Of a stretch of 64,000 nucleotides of DNA, positions 19,905-29,984 are shown piece by piece. A program made the translations under genes and the position numbers. Below the pieces are notes generated by a model that was not told the origin of the DNA, did no database searches, and saw nothing but the letters and a program-made list of their open reading frames with translations. The DNA is from a virus. Lineage: Duplodnaviria > Heunggongvirae > Uroviricota > Caudoviricetes. Position 1 is the first letter of the stretch. The number at the start of each line of letters is the position of its first letter. The stretch spans positions 201,756 through 265,755 of IMG/VR virus record IMGVR_UViG_3300028888_000043; one strand, given 5' to 3'.

Positions 19905-20383
19905 TACTCTTCTTCCTCTTCTGCATCAGGTTTCTCATAACCGGCATCATTAAGAGCCTTTTCAACCTTGTCAAGTGTCTTGTCATCATCAGGGTCAATA
20001 CCAAGAAGATTCTCAACATCACCAACCCTGTCATTGAGGTCAGCAATCTGCTCTTCAGGACTCATATCATCAAATCCCCTGTCTTTGTCCTGCTGGTCAA
20101 AATCTTCTTCATCAGTTTCATCATTGATATGGACATAACCTGTAATCTGCGGGTTGTAGTCGGCAATCATATTCTTGGTAAGGTAGTTGATGTAGAACTT
20201 GTTCTTACCATGCAGTTTGGTGTCCAACATTTCTCTCCAACCCATTTCTCGCTTTGCCCTGGATGTATTAAGATATTTGACAATATCTTTATCAAATGCA
20301 AGGTGTCTTGCCAAGTCTTTAACAATATCCTTGTCTGATTTTACCTCTAAAAGGAAATCACTGTAACTCTTTATATTGTTCAT
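19904..20383 (-). CDS. Hypothetical late protein with CTS-like N-terminus and EEEEE C-terminus
   Basis: MNNIKSYSDFLLE...; ends DAEEEEE. Confidence 0.6.
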   Translation of the reverse strand: MNNIKSYSDFLLEVKSDKDIVKDLARHLAFDKDIVKYLNTSRAKREMGWREMLDTKLHGKNKFYINYLTKNMIADYNPQITGYVHINDETDEEDFDQQDKDRGFDDMSPEEQIADLNDRVGDVENLLGIDPDDDKTLDKVEKALNDAGYEKPDAEEEEE

Positions 20384-20409
20384 ATAATTGATATGTACAT
20401 AGTATAGAG

Positions 20410-20417
20410 TATTTATG
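20410..20417 (-). promoter_or_regulatory. Late promoter CATAAATA
   Basis: 26 nt upstream of ATG 20383. Confidence 0.75.
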
Positions 20418-20419
20418 AT

Positions 20420-20451
20420 AAAAAAGACAGGACTCTTAAAAGTCCTGTCTT
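20420..20451 (-). terminator. Intrinsic terminator
   Basis: AAGACAGGACT-cttaaa-AGTCCTGTCTT with U-tract on minus strand. Confidence 0.7.
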
Positions 20452-20471
20452 CTGAATAACAAAAATACTAA

Positions 20472-20708
20472 CTAATTGAGTACACCGAGAATTTGTGTTT
20501 CCTTTACATTGGCAATTCTCCACTCTGCCATTGTGCCGTCATACTCTTTCTGTACAATCTTGTTGGCCTCTTCTGTGGTCTTTGCATGGACAAGCCATTT
20601 CTCCTGCCACTTCTTGATTTTAGGATTCCCAGCACGGTCTTCCACATCAGTCTCCTCCTGGAGTTTCACAGTTACTTCAAAGTAATTGATTTCAACATCT
20701 TTTGCCAT
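20472..20708 (-). CDS. DUF4494-like protein
   Basis: YFEVTVKL...KKWQEKWLVHAKTTEEA pattern of the Bacteroidetes DUF4494 family. Confidence 0.55.
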   Translation of the reverse strand: MAKDVEINYFEVTVKLQEETDVEDRAGNPKIKKWQEKWLVHAKTTEEANKIVQKEYDGTMAEWRIANVKETQILGVLN

Positions 20709-20710
20709 AA

Positions 20711-21292
20711 TTAAAATAATTTAACATTGTTATTAAGAATCTCATTAGGTAGTTTGCTTACTTCTTTCAGGTCTTCCAGAATCTGTATCTGCAAGTAGGT
20801 ACTCAATCTTTTCCACATTGTCTGTAGTCCTACACCGCAGTATTCACAAACAAGGACAAATATCTTGGCCATCGAGTAATCCTGTTTCAACTTTGGATAA
20901 CAGTATATGATGATGTCATTGATGACCTGATAGTTTACTGTGACTTTCTCTTCCCCGAGAAGGAGTTCCTTGTATTTGGAGTTTTCAATGATTTTCTGGA
21001 ATGCCTTTTCAAATTCTACATCCTCATAGGAGGAGTTATATTGATAGCTGTGAGGGTCAATGGTTATTTTCTCGTTACTGAAATCTTCCGTGAAGTCAAC
21101 CTGGTTCCATTTGTTGTTTTTTATTTTCAGTGACCTGGAAGTTTTTATTCTTTCCTCAACAGTCTTTTCTCCTGATTTCTTTGAGAATATGTCCACACCG
21201 TTTTCATCAAGGAATGTTCTCTTGTCAACGGCAATGTCATCATCTTCAATCAAGTCATTATCGAGATTTCTGGTCTCATTCTTATCACTCAT
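20711..21292 (-). CDS. Hypothetical protein
   Basis: 193-aa ORF preceded by TTTGTTATTTTTA at 21320-21332 (-). Confidence 0.6.
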   Translation of the reverse strand: MSDKNETRNLDNDLIEDDDIAVDKRTFLDENGVDIFSKKSGEKTVEERIKTSRSLKIKNNKWNQVDFTEDFSNEKITIDPHSYQYNSSYEDVEFEKAFQKIIENSKYKELLLGEEKVTVNYQVINDIIIYCYPKLKQDYSMAKIFVLVCEYCGVGLQTMWKRLSTYLQIQILEDLKEVSKLPNEILNNNVKLF

Positions 21293-21319
21293 TTTTAATT
21301 AGACATTCATTATATATGA

Positions 21320-21361
21320 TAAAAATAACAAATTATTTTCAAATGGATTTTGTTATATTTG
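21320..21361. promoter_or_regulatory. Divergent pair of early/middle promoter motifs
   Basis: TTTGTTATTTTTA (-, 21320-21332) and TTTGTTATATTTG (+, 21349-21361). Confidence 0.6.
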
Positions 21362-21408
21362 TTTTGAACTAAATCCAGCTTCTAAACTGGATATAAAATT
21401 ATGTATGT

Positions 21409-24348
21409 ATGCTACTTGATATTATCCAAGACAAATCAAATTTACAGGTATCTTACTGGGGTCCTGACGGGAAAACACACATTGAAATCATTCCTATTCC
21501 AGATGAAGAGCAGTACATCTGGCTCACCAGTCAAAAAGACAAAACTGACCTGAAAGTAAAGAATGTCCATAATTGGAATGGAAAGGCTGTATATAAACAC
21601 AGGGTCAATCCCTTCAATGAGAAACTTAACCGTTACAGGCAGTATGAAATACTTGATTCTCAACCAGATGAAATAAAGGAGAAAATCTTCTCTTATAACC
21701 TTCCTGATTTGTTTTTCATAGATATTGAAAATGAAATGCAGGATGGAAAACCCAATCCTGAAAAACCTGACAAACCAATTACTGTCATAGGTGTATGTTG
21801 TCCTAATGATAGTGTGATGGTTCTTTCTGGCGGATATAACCTTACAGAGAAGGAACAGGTCAGTATCCAGGAAAGGATTGATGAACACTTCAAGCAGGTG
21901 AACAGACACTTCAAGTTTGTGTTCAGGTATTTCAAGACTGAATATGACCTTCTTTATTTCTTCTTCTCAATGCTCATCCCAAAGATGGCGATGATGACAG
22001 GATGGAACTTTGAGGACTATGACTGGAGGTATATGTATAACCGTGCCAAACTCCTTGGTATAGACCCATCACTTGCATCACCTACAAGGATTCTTACCGG
22101 ACCTGTTGACAGACCGGCCCATGTTGGTCTCATTGACTACCTTAAAGCATACAAAAAGTGGACCTGGAACTCCAATGAGAATTACAGGTTGGACACCATT
22201 GGTGAGAAGTTGTGTAAAATTAAGAAAGTACAGCATGCAGAGTCTCTTGATGACATGCTTCACAACAACTTTGAGAAGTATGTTTATTACAATGCAATTG
22301 ACTGTTGTCTTGTAAAACTCATCCATGAGGCATGTAATGCATTGACCTGTGGCCTTACTACTGCCTGGTTGGGTAGGATTAAGGCTATGGATTGTTTCTC
22401 CACGACTTATATTCCTGAAAACCTGTTGAGGGCATCATTCTCTGGTGACCATAAGGTTCTGGGTGTAGACCCGTTCGCCAAAAAGAAGACAGGTGAGAAG
22501 TATGAGGGTGCATTTGTGAAGCAGCCTATTCCAGGACTTCATAAGTTCTGTACCTGTAATGACTATGCATCTCTGTATCCAACACTGATGAGGCAGTTCA
22601 ATATTGGTCCGGAAACACTGGTGACACTTCTCCCTGAAAAGGATGAAGTACTCAAACAACAGTGGAGGGACAAGGGTTATATTGTCTGTGCATCGGGGGC
22701 AGTCTATCAGAAGAAGGATGGTCATCTTAAGAACATCATCACTGACCTTTACTTCAAGAGAAAGGCATATAAGAAGACTTCCTTCAAGTTCACCCAGATT
22801 TATTATGACCTGAAAGACTTCCTCCATGCCAATGCATCCCCGGAAGAGATTGAAGATTATCTCAACAAAAATGACTTTGCCGGCAGAAAGGCAAGTGAGG
22901 TCAATGAGATTATGTCCTACTGCCAGGTACAGGCAGACATTTACAACAACTTCCAACTTGGAACAAAGGTTGTCATCAATGGTATCTATGGTGCATTTGG
23001 ATTCTCCGGATTCTATTTCTACAATCCCGTGATTGCCGAATCTGTCACCAAGCAGGGAAAGGATGCCATTCTGAATGCAGAAAGACTCATCAATCTCTGG
23101 GCAAACAAGATTTGGCAGAAGGATTCAAAGACACATCTTGCTATGGGTATCAAGATTACTGATCCAGAAAAGGACATCAAACCTATCACCAGATACATTG
23201 ATACCGATTCCATCTACACTTCTTATGATGATATCATCAGGGTGACAGACTGGTTTGATCATGATGTGTGGAGACTGACTAAAATCAACAAGCAGAATGA
23301 CCAGAAGGATTTCACCTATGTATCAATGGGAGGTTATCCCACTGAAGATGATGCAAAGAAATATTTTGATACTGATTCCATAGATACTACGAAGTATGAC
23401 TGGCATATTGACACCATTGAACCTGAAGGAAGGGAGTTCTGCCTTACTATTAATAGGGTGTTTATGTCCAACTATTTGAAGAAAATTCATGAGGAGTATG
23501 CCAAGAAGAATGGTACCCCTGCACTTCTTGACTTTGAGTTGGAAGCATACAATGAGGCGGGTATCTGGCTTGCCAAGAAGAAGTACATCAAGAATATGAC
23601 CTGGGCTGAACCAAATGTCTATTATGATTCCTGTTCCAAGATTAAGGCAACAGGTGTCGAGATTGCACAGACAAGTAGTTCACAGTGGGTGAAGAATCAG
23701 TTGATTGATTTGGTGAAGTGGATTTTCCAGCAGGAGGAGTTTGTCCTTGACAGTTTTGTGAAAAAATTGGCAGGTGTTAAAAAACAATTTATGCTCCAGA
23801 GTCCTGAAACTATCAGTGTTAATAAGGGTATGAACAAATACAGTGATTATGTGTTGAGTGATACTGGGGAAATTGACATGAATTCCAAGGCGATGATAAC
23901 AGTTCAGGGCGCTGCACTTTATAATTATATCTTGAACAGTAATGAGAAGTTCAAGAGGAGATACAGTCCTCTGTTTGATGCAGATAAACTTTGTGTTGTC
24001 TATGTGAAACCAACTTCAAAATACAAGTATTGGAAAAAGGAGACTAATGTTCCTGTGAAGGAATATAACAAGAATCCTGATATGTATAAACTTATAAGTG
24101 ATACAAAATCAATAATCAGTACACAGTCTGGTTCATATGAGGTATATAATGATATTATGAGTAATCAGTTCTGTGAAGCATTTAGTTATCCTGCTGGTAT
24201 GTACCCTATGGATATGGCATCAAACCTGGAGATTGACAAGAACAAGATGTTTGATCTCCTCATTTTGAGTCCTGTAAACAGGATTGTTGAGGCTATGGGT
24301 TATCAACCTATTGATATTTCTATGACAACTGAGACTGGATTGTGGTAA
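21409..24348 (+). CDS. gp43: DNA polymerase family B (gp43-like)
   Basis: ExoI FIDIE, ExoII GWNFEDYD, ExoIII YNAID; DYASLYP, KVVINGIYG, YIDTDS, KKKY. Confidence 0.95.
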   Translation: MLLDIIQDKSNLQVSYWGPDGKTHIEIIPIPDEEQYIWLTSQKDKTDLKVKNVHNWNGKAVYKHRVNPFNEKLNRYRQYEILDSQPDEIKEKIFSYNLPDLFFIDIENEMQDGKPNPEKPDKPITVIGVCCPNDSVMVLSGGYNLTEKEQVSIQERIDEHFKQVNRHFKFVFRYFKTEYDLLYFFFSMLIPKMAMMTGWNFEDYDWRYMYNRAKLLGIDPSLASPTRILTGPVDRPAHVGLIDYLKAYKKWTWNSNENYRLDTIGEKLCKIKKVQHAESLDDMLHNNFEKYVYYNAIDCCLVKLIHEACNALTCGLTTAWLGRIKAMDCFSTTYIPENLLRASFSGDHKVLGVDPFAKKKTGEKYEGAFVKQPIPGLHKFCTCNDYASLYPTLMRQFNIGPETLVTLLPEKDEVLKQQWRDKGYIVCASGAVYQKKDGHLKNIITDLYFKRKAYKKTSFKFTQIYYDLKDFLHANASPEEIEDYLNKNDFAGRKASEVNEIMSYCQVQADIYNNFQLGTKVVINGIYGAFGFSGFYFYNPVIAESVTKQGKDAILNAERLINLWANKIWQKDSKTHLAMGIKITDPEKDIKPITRYIDTDSIYTSYDDIIRVTDWFDHDVWRLTKINKQNDQKDFTYVSMGGYPTEDDAKKYFDTDSIDTTKYDWHIDTIEPEGREFCLTINRVFMSNYLKKIHEEYAKKNGTPALLDFELEAYNEAGIWLAKKKYIKNMTWAEPNVYYDSCSKIKATGVEIAQTSSSQWVKNQLIDLVKWIFQQEEFVLDSFVKKLAGVKKQFMLQSPETISVNKGMNKYSDYVLSDTGEIDMNSKAMITVQGAALYNYILNSNEKFKRRYSPLFDADKLCVVYVKPTSKYKYWKKETNVPVKEYNKNPDMYKLISDTKSIISTQSGSYEVYNDIMSNQFCEAFSYPAGMYPMDMASNLEIDKNKMFDLLILSPVNRIVEAMGYQPIDISMTTETGLW

Positions 24349-24350
24349 AA

Positions 24351-24363
24351 TTTGTTATGTTTG
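24351..24363 (+). promoter_or_regulatory. Early/middle promoter motif TTTGTTATGTTTG
   Basis: Contains TAnnTTTG, ends 4 nt before ATG 24368. Confidence 0.55.
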
Positions 24364-24367
24364 TATT

Positions 24368-25132
24368 ATGATAGATGTATTAGAATTCAACATACCAAAG
24401 GATGTACTTGAAATTCTTTTGAAGGACAGGACTACGGGTAACAATATCCTGTGGGGTACTGACCAGTATGGATATGATCCAAAGTCCGAGATTCAGGTTG
24501 ACCAGATTATCTCTGGTGATGTAATTAAACCAAGAGTTTTGAAATCTCAGGAAACCCAGAAGTCCAGGACCGATTCAAAGGCCGAGGTCTACACCCCCAT
24601 TGAAATTATCAAGAAGATGAATGACTCTGTTGATACGGAAGAACCAGATACTGAAAAGTATATCAGAAAGAAAGTCCTTGAAGTGACTTGTGGCGAAGCC
24701 CCTTATCTGGTATCCAGGTATGATGTGTCAACTGGTAAGATGATTCCTTTGTCAGAGAGACAGGGACTTCTTGACAGGAAGATGAGAAGAATCAATGGAT
24801 TACAGGTGACAAGTGACTGTAAACATTGGTATCTTTGTACCTGTTATGCCCTTGAATCTACTTATGGATATGAATGGCAAGGTGATTCCCTTCTTCTGGC
24901 AAGGGAGAATATCCTGTATGACGTGATTGACTGGTATGAAGAAAAGTTCCAGAGAGCACCTGCACCAAGTATTGTTGAAGAACTTGCTGAAATTATTTCC
25001 TATAATATCTTCCAGATGGATGGAGTGACAATGTGTATTCCTTATTCAGATGTTCCTGCAAAGGTGATGAACTGGGAACTGGATGAAATGGAAAGATTTG
25101 ATGGGAAGCCTGAAGAATTGTCATTATTTTAG
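24368..25132 (+). CDS. Restriction-modification methyltransferase-related protein (SAM-binding part)
   Basis: KAEVYTP, LEVTCGEAPYL (motif I-like), YGYEWQGDSLLLAREN; no NPPY/DPPY. Confidence 0.65.
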   Translation: MIDVLEFNIPKDVLEILLKDRTTGNNILWGTDQYGYDPKSEIQVDQIISGDVIKPRVLKSQETQKSRTDSKAEVYTPIEIIKKMNDSVDTEEPDTEKYIRKKVLEVTCGEAPYLVSRYDVSTGKMIPLSERQGLLDRKMRRINGLQVTSDCKHWYLCTCYALESTYGYEWQGDSLLLARENILYDVIDWYEEKFQRAPAPSIVEELAEIISYNIFQMDGVTMCIPYSDVPAKVMNWELDEMERFDGKPEELSLF

Positions 25133-25138
25133 TGATTT

Positions 25139-25151
25139 TTTGTTATTTTTA
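25139..25151 (+). promoter_or_regulatory. Early/middle promoter motif TTTGTTATTTTTA
   Basis: Intergenic, upstream of 25183. Confidence 0.55.
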
Positions 25152-25182
25152 TTGTAAGAAACATCTTTAAGTTTAATATAGT

Positions 25183-26040
25183 ATGAAGAAAATTGTTTTA
25201 AAGAATTGTGATGTAAAGGAGTTTAATACCCTCATCAAGAGAAGTGCGTCTCTGGACAACTTCATTTTTATCAATCTCCATGGCAGTAAGTTTGAATCAA
25301 CTGCCTATAACAAGAACAAGTCAGCATTGAAGTCCATCACCGCAGACCTCACCAAGTACTGTGAGGCATTTGTCAGTGATTGTGGGGATGAACTTGTCAA
25401 GATTCAGTTTACCAATGCAGGTAAGCTCATCTCTGTCCTTGGTCTTGTAGGTACAGAGGGTGTTGATGTCACCTTCTTCATCGAGGACAATGGTTATGCC
25501 AAGAAAGTTGTTGTTGAGAACACCGAAGTCAATCTCACCGTTCCCGCTGCTGACAAGGATGCTCTGGCATTCCTTGAGATTCCTGACCATGCCCGTCACA
25601 CCATCTTTGAGGATACCACCACCCTGGAGTACAAGGTTGGTATTTCTGAAAATGAGTTCAAGTATCTGTCACAACTCTTTGCCCTTAACAAGGAGTCTTG
25701 CAGGGTCTGCTTCTCCATCAGTAATGATGTTGTGACTGTCTCCGAAATTGAGAGTACTGATGAGAATGTCCGTGAGATTGTCAATGGTTATCTCTCTGAT
25801 GGTAACATTCCTGAATTTGATGCCTTTGACAAGTTGTATTCCAAGAAGCTCACCTATGAGTCTTTTGAGAATTTCAGCGAGGAAGGTTATCTCCGCTGCT
25901 TCAACAAGTCATACTTTGTCTGGATTGATTCCGATGAGCACTATGACATTGAGTTCCACAGCAACAAGATCAAGTTTATCTCTGTTGATGAAAAGGGAAC
26001 AAAGACATATGTGGTACTTACTCCAGTACCGTTTGCATAA
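25183..26040 (+). CDS. Probable DNA sliding clamp (gp45-like)
   Basis: Size, acidic two-repeat alpha/beta pattern, proximity to PolB; no diagnostic motif. Confidence 0.45.
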   Translation: MKKIVLKNCDVKEFNTLIKRSASLDNFIFINLHGSKFESTAYNKNKSALKSITADLTKYCEAFVSDCGDELVKIQFTNAGKLISVLGLVGTEGVDVTFFIEDNGYAKKVVVENTEVNLTVPAADKDALAFLEIPDHARHTIFEDTTTLEYKVGISENEFKYLSQLFALNKESCRVCFSISNDVVTVSEIESTDENVREIVNGYLSDGNIPEFDAFDKLYSKKLTYESFENFSEEGYLRCFNKSYFVWIDSDEHYDIEFHSNKIKFISVDEKGTKTYVVLTPVPFA

Positions 26041-26066
26041 ACAAATTTTTAAGGTTGAACAATGTG

Positions 26067-26097
26067 AAAAGAGAGAGGTCAGAACCTCTCTCTTTTT
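26067..26097. terminator. Bidirectional terminator
   Basis: AAAAGAGAGAGGT-caga-ACCTCTCTCTTTT between convergent genes. Confidence 0.8.
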
Positions 26098-26665
26098 ATT
26101 TATCCTTTACCAATCTCACACAGAGTTTTGCTGTTCTGTCTGTGTCTATTATATCCATTATACTGTAATGATTAGTTAATGGTGTATAAAGGACATCATT
26201 ATCAGTAATGATAAAACAATGTACCGTTGAACCGGCGCTAACTTCTTCAGATGTCCAGCCCCAGTACTCTGTAAGATATGTGACTACTTCATTTCCATGA
26301 GTTACTGATGTATTGTAAATCATACCATTTCTATTGAATGTGAGGCCTTGAGATTTATTTGTAAAATATAAATAATCTTTGTTAGATTTCAGAACACAAT
26401 ATCTATCTAATTCATCAATATCTTTCCTTGTCGGTAATCTCCATCCTGAATTTTGAATCAATTCTTTGATTTCATCAAACAAGAAATGTATTTTTCCGTC
26501 ATATTTTAAATCTGCATCAGCCCAGTAGATAGACCCTCCCATATCAACAGGTTTCAGTTTGTGTAGGTTTTCTATCTCATCTTCCTTCCTGATGGCATCT
26601 CCATTACTTCTCTTGTGAATGTCCGCCCAGACAGATTCAGTTAATATGTTACTTAACTTTTTCAT
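26096..26665 (-). CDS. SVWADIH-tag protein with FISUMP/DUF1566-like cargo
   Basis: Tag at 26638-26579; VDMGGSIYWAD, GWRLPT, YWGWTS, CVRLVKD. Confidence 0.75.
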   Translation of the reverse strand: MKKLSNILTESVWADIHKRSNGDAIRKEDEIENLHKLKPVDMGGSIYWADADLKYDGKIHFLFDEIKELIQNSGWRLPTRKDIDELDRYCVLKSNKDYLYFTNKSQGLTFNRNGMIYNTSVTHGNEVVTYLTEYWGWTSEEVSAGSTVHCFIITDNDVLYTPLTNHYSIMDIIDTDRTAKLCVRLVKDK

Positions 26666-27447
26666 AATTCATCATCGTCTTCATCATCTATATCATCTGT
26701 TCTCTGCGCACCTTCTTTCAGTTTAAGAAAGCATAAATCATCTGCACCAGATGGACTCTCGAATGGATCCATCTCATGGTTTGTAGATTCAACCCATCCA
26801 AGATTTGTATATGCTTCCCTTAAATCATTTTCAAGTTCCTCACGCCAGCCGTCTATGACAGGATAGAATATGGTATTGGCATCCAATATGTCATTTTTGT
26901 CATATTCAACATCATCAGGACAGTAATCTATACCTGCACTTACTTCAAAGCAGATGTTACTTAAGAAGTCAGATGTTGATAAGTCATTGAGGACAAATTC
27001 AGCATACTCCGACATATGGTTGTCAGTATATATCTTCTTTAAGTAATCTTCAAGTATCTTCTGGATTGGGTGATTGTTCATAGTGTCAACATATCCCTTT
27101 TCCATCATTTCCTTGATGTGTTCTTCAGGAGTTTTTTCAATATATTGGCGAAGTACATATATGTCATGGTTGTCCCGGCAGTACTCGCCATGTCCTACAA
27201 ACTCGCAGTTGTTTTCAAGTCTGATGGTGTTATCTGATGATTTGTCAAATCCAAAACCATCCCATTCCATCTCATAATCTTCAACATAATCTTCACCAAG
27301 TGTCATTACTTCCCTGGTGATGTTGTACTTGACACCATCAATAGTTACAAGAATACCAACATCTTCTTTTCTGAATTCATCACCATTACTTCTGCGGTGC
27401 ATGTCAGACCAGACAGATTCTTTCAGTATGTTACTTAATTTCTTCAT
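26662..27447 (-). CDS. SVWADIH-tag protein, acidic unknown cargo
   Basis: Tag at 27420-27361. Confidence 0.7.
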   Translation of the reverse strand: MKKLSNILKESVWSDMHRRSNGDEFRKEDVGILVTIDGVKYNITREVMTLGEDYVEDYEMEWDGFGFDKSSDNTIRLENNCEFVGHGEYCRDNHDIYVLRQYIEKTPEEHIKEMMEKGYVDTMNNHPIQKILEDYLKKIYTDNHMSEYAEFVLNDLSTSDFLSNICFEVSAGIDYCPDDVEYDKNDILDANTIFYPVIDGWREELENDLREAYTNLGWVESTNHEMDPFESPSGADDLCFLKLKEGAQRTDDIDDEDDDEL

Positions 27448-27454
27448 ATCATTA

Positions 27455-28372
27455 TTATTTATCTTTTACAAGGAATACATATAATCTGGTTTGGTGGATA
27501 TTGGAAGAATCAATGTTGAATTTTGACATATTGTCATATCCATAATCATATGCAAGGTTCTGCCATTTCTCATGTCTGTCTTTTGTCCAGGCATGGAATC
27601 CATAGATACTTTCTTCTGTCTTGATTCTCAATGTACCATTAGGGTATTCAAGCCATACATATCCAGTTCCATCATCATCTCTGTACCAACGTTTCCGGAC
27701 ATGTCTGAAATCAACCTGTTTCACCTCTTCAAGTGTAGGAAGCCTCCATCCATTGTTGTTGTAGTTCTCTACATCTTCAAAATAGAACTTATTTTTCCCA
27801 TCAATATCAAGAGCATCCTTGGCCCAGTAAACAGTTGTGTTCTCACCGAAGTCAACATATTCAGGATTGAATTTGTCTTCCTTTCTCTCTTGTTCACCAT
27901 TACTTCTCTTGTGTATGTCAGACCAGACAGATTCTTTTATATCAACTATGTCAATGTTATGAAGGATGAAATTCACAAGGTTCAAGAAAGTGTTGTTTGA
28001 AATTGTACCATCCTTTTCCTTAATCCTGAATGTTGTAGTGTTTATTTTTTCAATGTTGAAATTATCTGCAATCACAACAGTTTCCAATCCAACATTATCA
28101 AGGAGGTCAATGAGGATGTTATATATCTTGTCATTTGAAAAGTTTATTGACACTTCAAGACCCATAACTATTTCAACATTGACATGCTTTGTATTTTGCC
28201 CTTCCATAAAGTTGACATACTCAACCTTATCCTTATAGTTTGAATTGGTATATTCATACAACTGTTCCGGGTCAAAAAGATTGACATCATCTTCCTTTTT
28301 AACCTGTTCTCCATTACTCCTCTTGTGTATATCAGCCCATACAGACTCATCTATTTTACTTAATTTTTTCAT
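27455..28372 (-). CDS. Two-module SVWADIH-tag protein
   Basis: Tags at 28348-28289 and 27934-27875; second module FISUMP-like (GWRLPTLEE). Confidence 0.75.
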   Translation of the reverse strand: MKKLSKIDESVWADIHKRSNGEQVKKEDDVNLFDPEQLYEYTNSNYKDKVEYVNFMEGQNTKHVNVEIVMGLEVSINFSNDKIYNILIDLLDNVGLETVVIADNFNIEKINTTTFRIKEKDGTISNNTFLNLVNFILHNIDIVDIKESVWSDIHKRSNGEQERKEDKFNPEYVDFGENTTVYWAKDALDIDGKNKFYFEDVENYNNNGWRLPTLEEVKQVDFRHVRKRWYRDDDGTGYVWLEYPNGTLRIKTEESIYGFHAWTKDRHEKWQNLAYDYGYDNMSKFNIDSSNIHQTRLYVFLVKDK

Positions 28373-29001
28373 ATGCTTCTCAATATACCATAAGAATCCA
28401 CAAGGTCATCAATGGGTTTTATATTGTTATAATCAAGTTCATTCTCCTTGCAGTACTTCCAGAAAGGACATCTCTCTATGTCAGGATCTTGGGTCTTGTT
28501 CTCAATGAATGCCTTTATCATATCATCCTTTTTGGCATTTCCCTTTCCTGACAGTCTCTTCTTTCCTTCTGTTGGTGAGATGATGACCAGACAGTCCTCC
28601 CCAAAGTACTCCAGGAGTTTGATTCTCAAAAATGAGTTGAACAATACCAGGTCAATGGTGGAGGAAGAGATACTTCCATATGAGAATCCTTCCAATCCTA
28701 TTATGACACTATCATCACCTACAATCTCTACAAGTCTGTTGGAGATTTTGTGTGCGATCATCTCCGCAGCCGCCATCTTGGTCTTCTGTTCCTCCCTGTA
28801 ATCTTTCTTGTCTATATGCCTGGTGTAAGGATTCATCTCCATGAACTTGTTCAGTTCCCTGTGATAGTTGAATGTTTTCATCTTTCCACCTTCCCAGTCC
28901 TTACCATAATCATCAAAGAAGGAGATGAAAGAATACTCTCCATCTTTATAAACACATATCGCCGGGGATATGAGACTGAAATCTATACCTATCTTTATCA
29001 T
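28369..29001 (-). CDS. RuvC-like Holliday junction resolvase/RNase H-fold nuclease
   Basis: IGIDFSL, GLEGFSYGS, GKGNAKKDDM, DDLVDSY. Confidence 0.75.
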   Translation of the reverse strand: MIKIGIDFSLISPAICVYKDGEYSFISFFDDYGKDWEGGKMKTFNYHRELNKFMEMNPYTRHIDKKDYREEQKTKMAAAEMIAHKISNRLVEIVGDDSVIIGLEGFSYGSISSSTIDLVLFNSFLRIKLLEYFGEDCLVIISPTEGKKRLSGKGNAKKDDMIKAFIENKTQDPDIERCPFWKYCKENELDYNNIKPIDDLVDSYGILRSI

Positions 29002-29984
29002 TTTAGCAATATACCTTTTTCACCTTCATATTCAGGATCTTCTCTCAATATATATCCTTTCTTTGAACCGTATAAATTATATTTATATAAATAGAATGTT
29101 TTGTTCTCCAATCTATATCTTATACCCCTCTTTTCTCCCAAAGTCATTTTTGCCCATGTTATTGGAGTATATGATCTACCTCCATTAACATTCAATGAAT
29201 ATATATCACTACCATATGGAGTTATATGTTCTATTTGGAGTCTCCAATAATGTTCATTTTTAAAATATATATCCACCTTTTCAGGCCAATCATCTTTTGT
29301 TATTTTTCTGATTTTGTTTATCACAAATTCATATGCTATATCAAGACCCCTTAACTGTTCTTTTGTATATTTTGGTGCTTGTGGTAATGCTATAATTGCC
29401 CACCAGTGTTCTGGGTTCTGTTCTGGAAGGTCTTCCTTTCTGAACATACTTCCATTACTTCTACGGTGAATATCTGCCCAGACTGATTCATTCATATTAT
29501 CATTTTTAACAAGTATCCTCGTAAAGAAAACATTTGTATTTTCCAAAAGGAAATTTATAATTTCAATGAAGAACTTATTTGATGATTTACCAGTCTTAGG
29601 TGTAATCAAAAAATTATCAGTAAAATTTCTGTGTATGTGATACTTTTTGACATTATATTTTCTCCTGATCTTGTCAAATAATTTATCATCTTTATTCAGG
29701 AAATGATCCCAGATAAGTACTGAATTATCAGTGCAGTCATATTGTATGAACCAAGTTGATTTTGTACCAAGTTCAGTCTCAAACATAGGAACAGTTATAA
29801 CATCATTCAAATCTTTAAAGATATAGAAATCAGTATCTACATTTTTATAGAGGTCTCGAAGATATTCAACAAAACCTTGTGCATCAAGAATATTAGGGTC
29901 ATCTTCTTTTCTTGTCTGCTTTCCATTACTCCTCTTGTGCATATCTGCCCATACAGATTCATCTATTTTACTTAACCTTTTCAT
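28998..29984 (-). CDS. Two-module SVWADIH-tag protein
   Basis: Tags at 29960-29901 and 29489-29430. Confidence 0.75.
   Translation of the reverse strand: MKRLSKIDESVWADMHKRSNGKQTRKEDDPNILDAQGFVEYLRDLYKNVDTDFYIFKDLNDVITVPMFETELGTKSTWFIQYDCTDNSVLIWDHFLNKDDKLFDKIRRKYNVKKYHIHRNFTDNFLITPKTGKSSNKFFIEIINFLLENTNVFFTRILVKNDNMNESVWADIHRRSNGSMFRKEDLPEQNPEHWWAIIALPQAPKYTKEQLRGLDIAYEFVINKIRKITKDDWPEKVDIYFKNEHYWRLQIEHITPYGSDIYSLNVNGGRSYTPITWAKMTLGEKRGIRYRLENKTFYLYKYNLYGSKKGYILREDPEYEGEKGILLK

Noticed and set aside
21409-24348. Intein or intron in PolB
   Set aside because: Insertions are short and lack C/S...HN splice motifs or homing-endonuclease signatures; the ORF is continuous
405-28372. Diversity-generating retroelement
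   Set aside because: Lectin-fold targets are present but I saw no reverse transcriptase or adenine-variant repeat pair in the window
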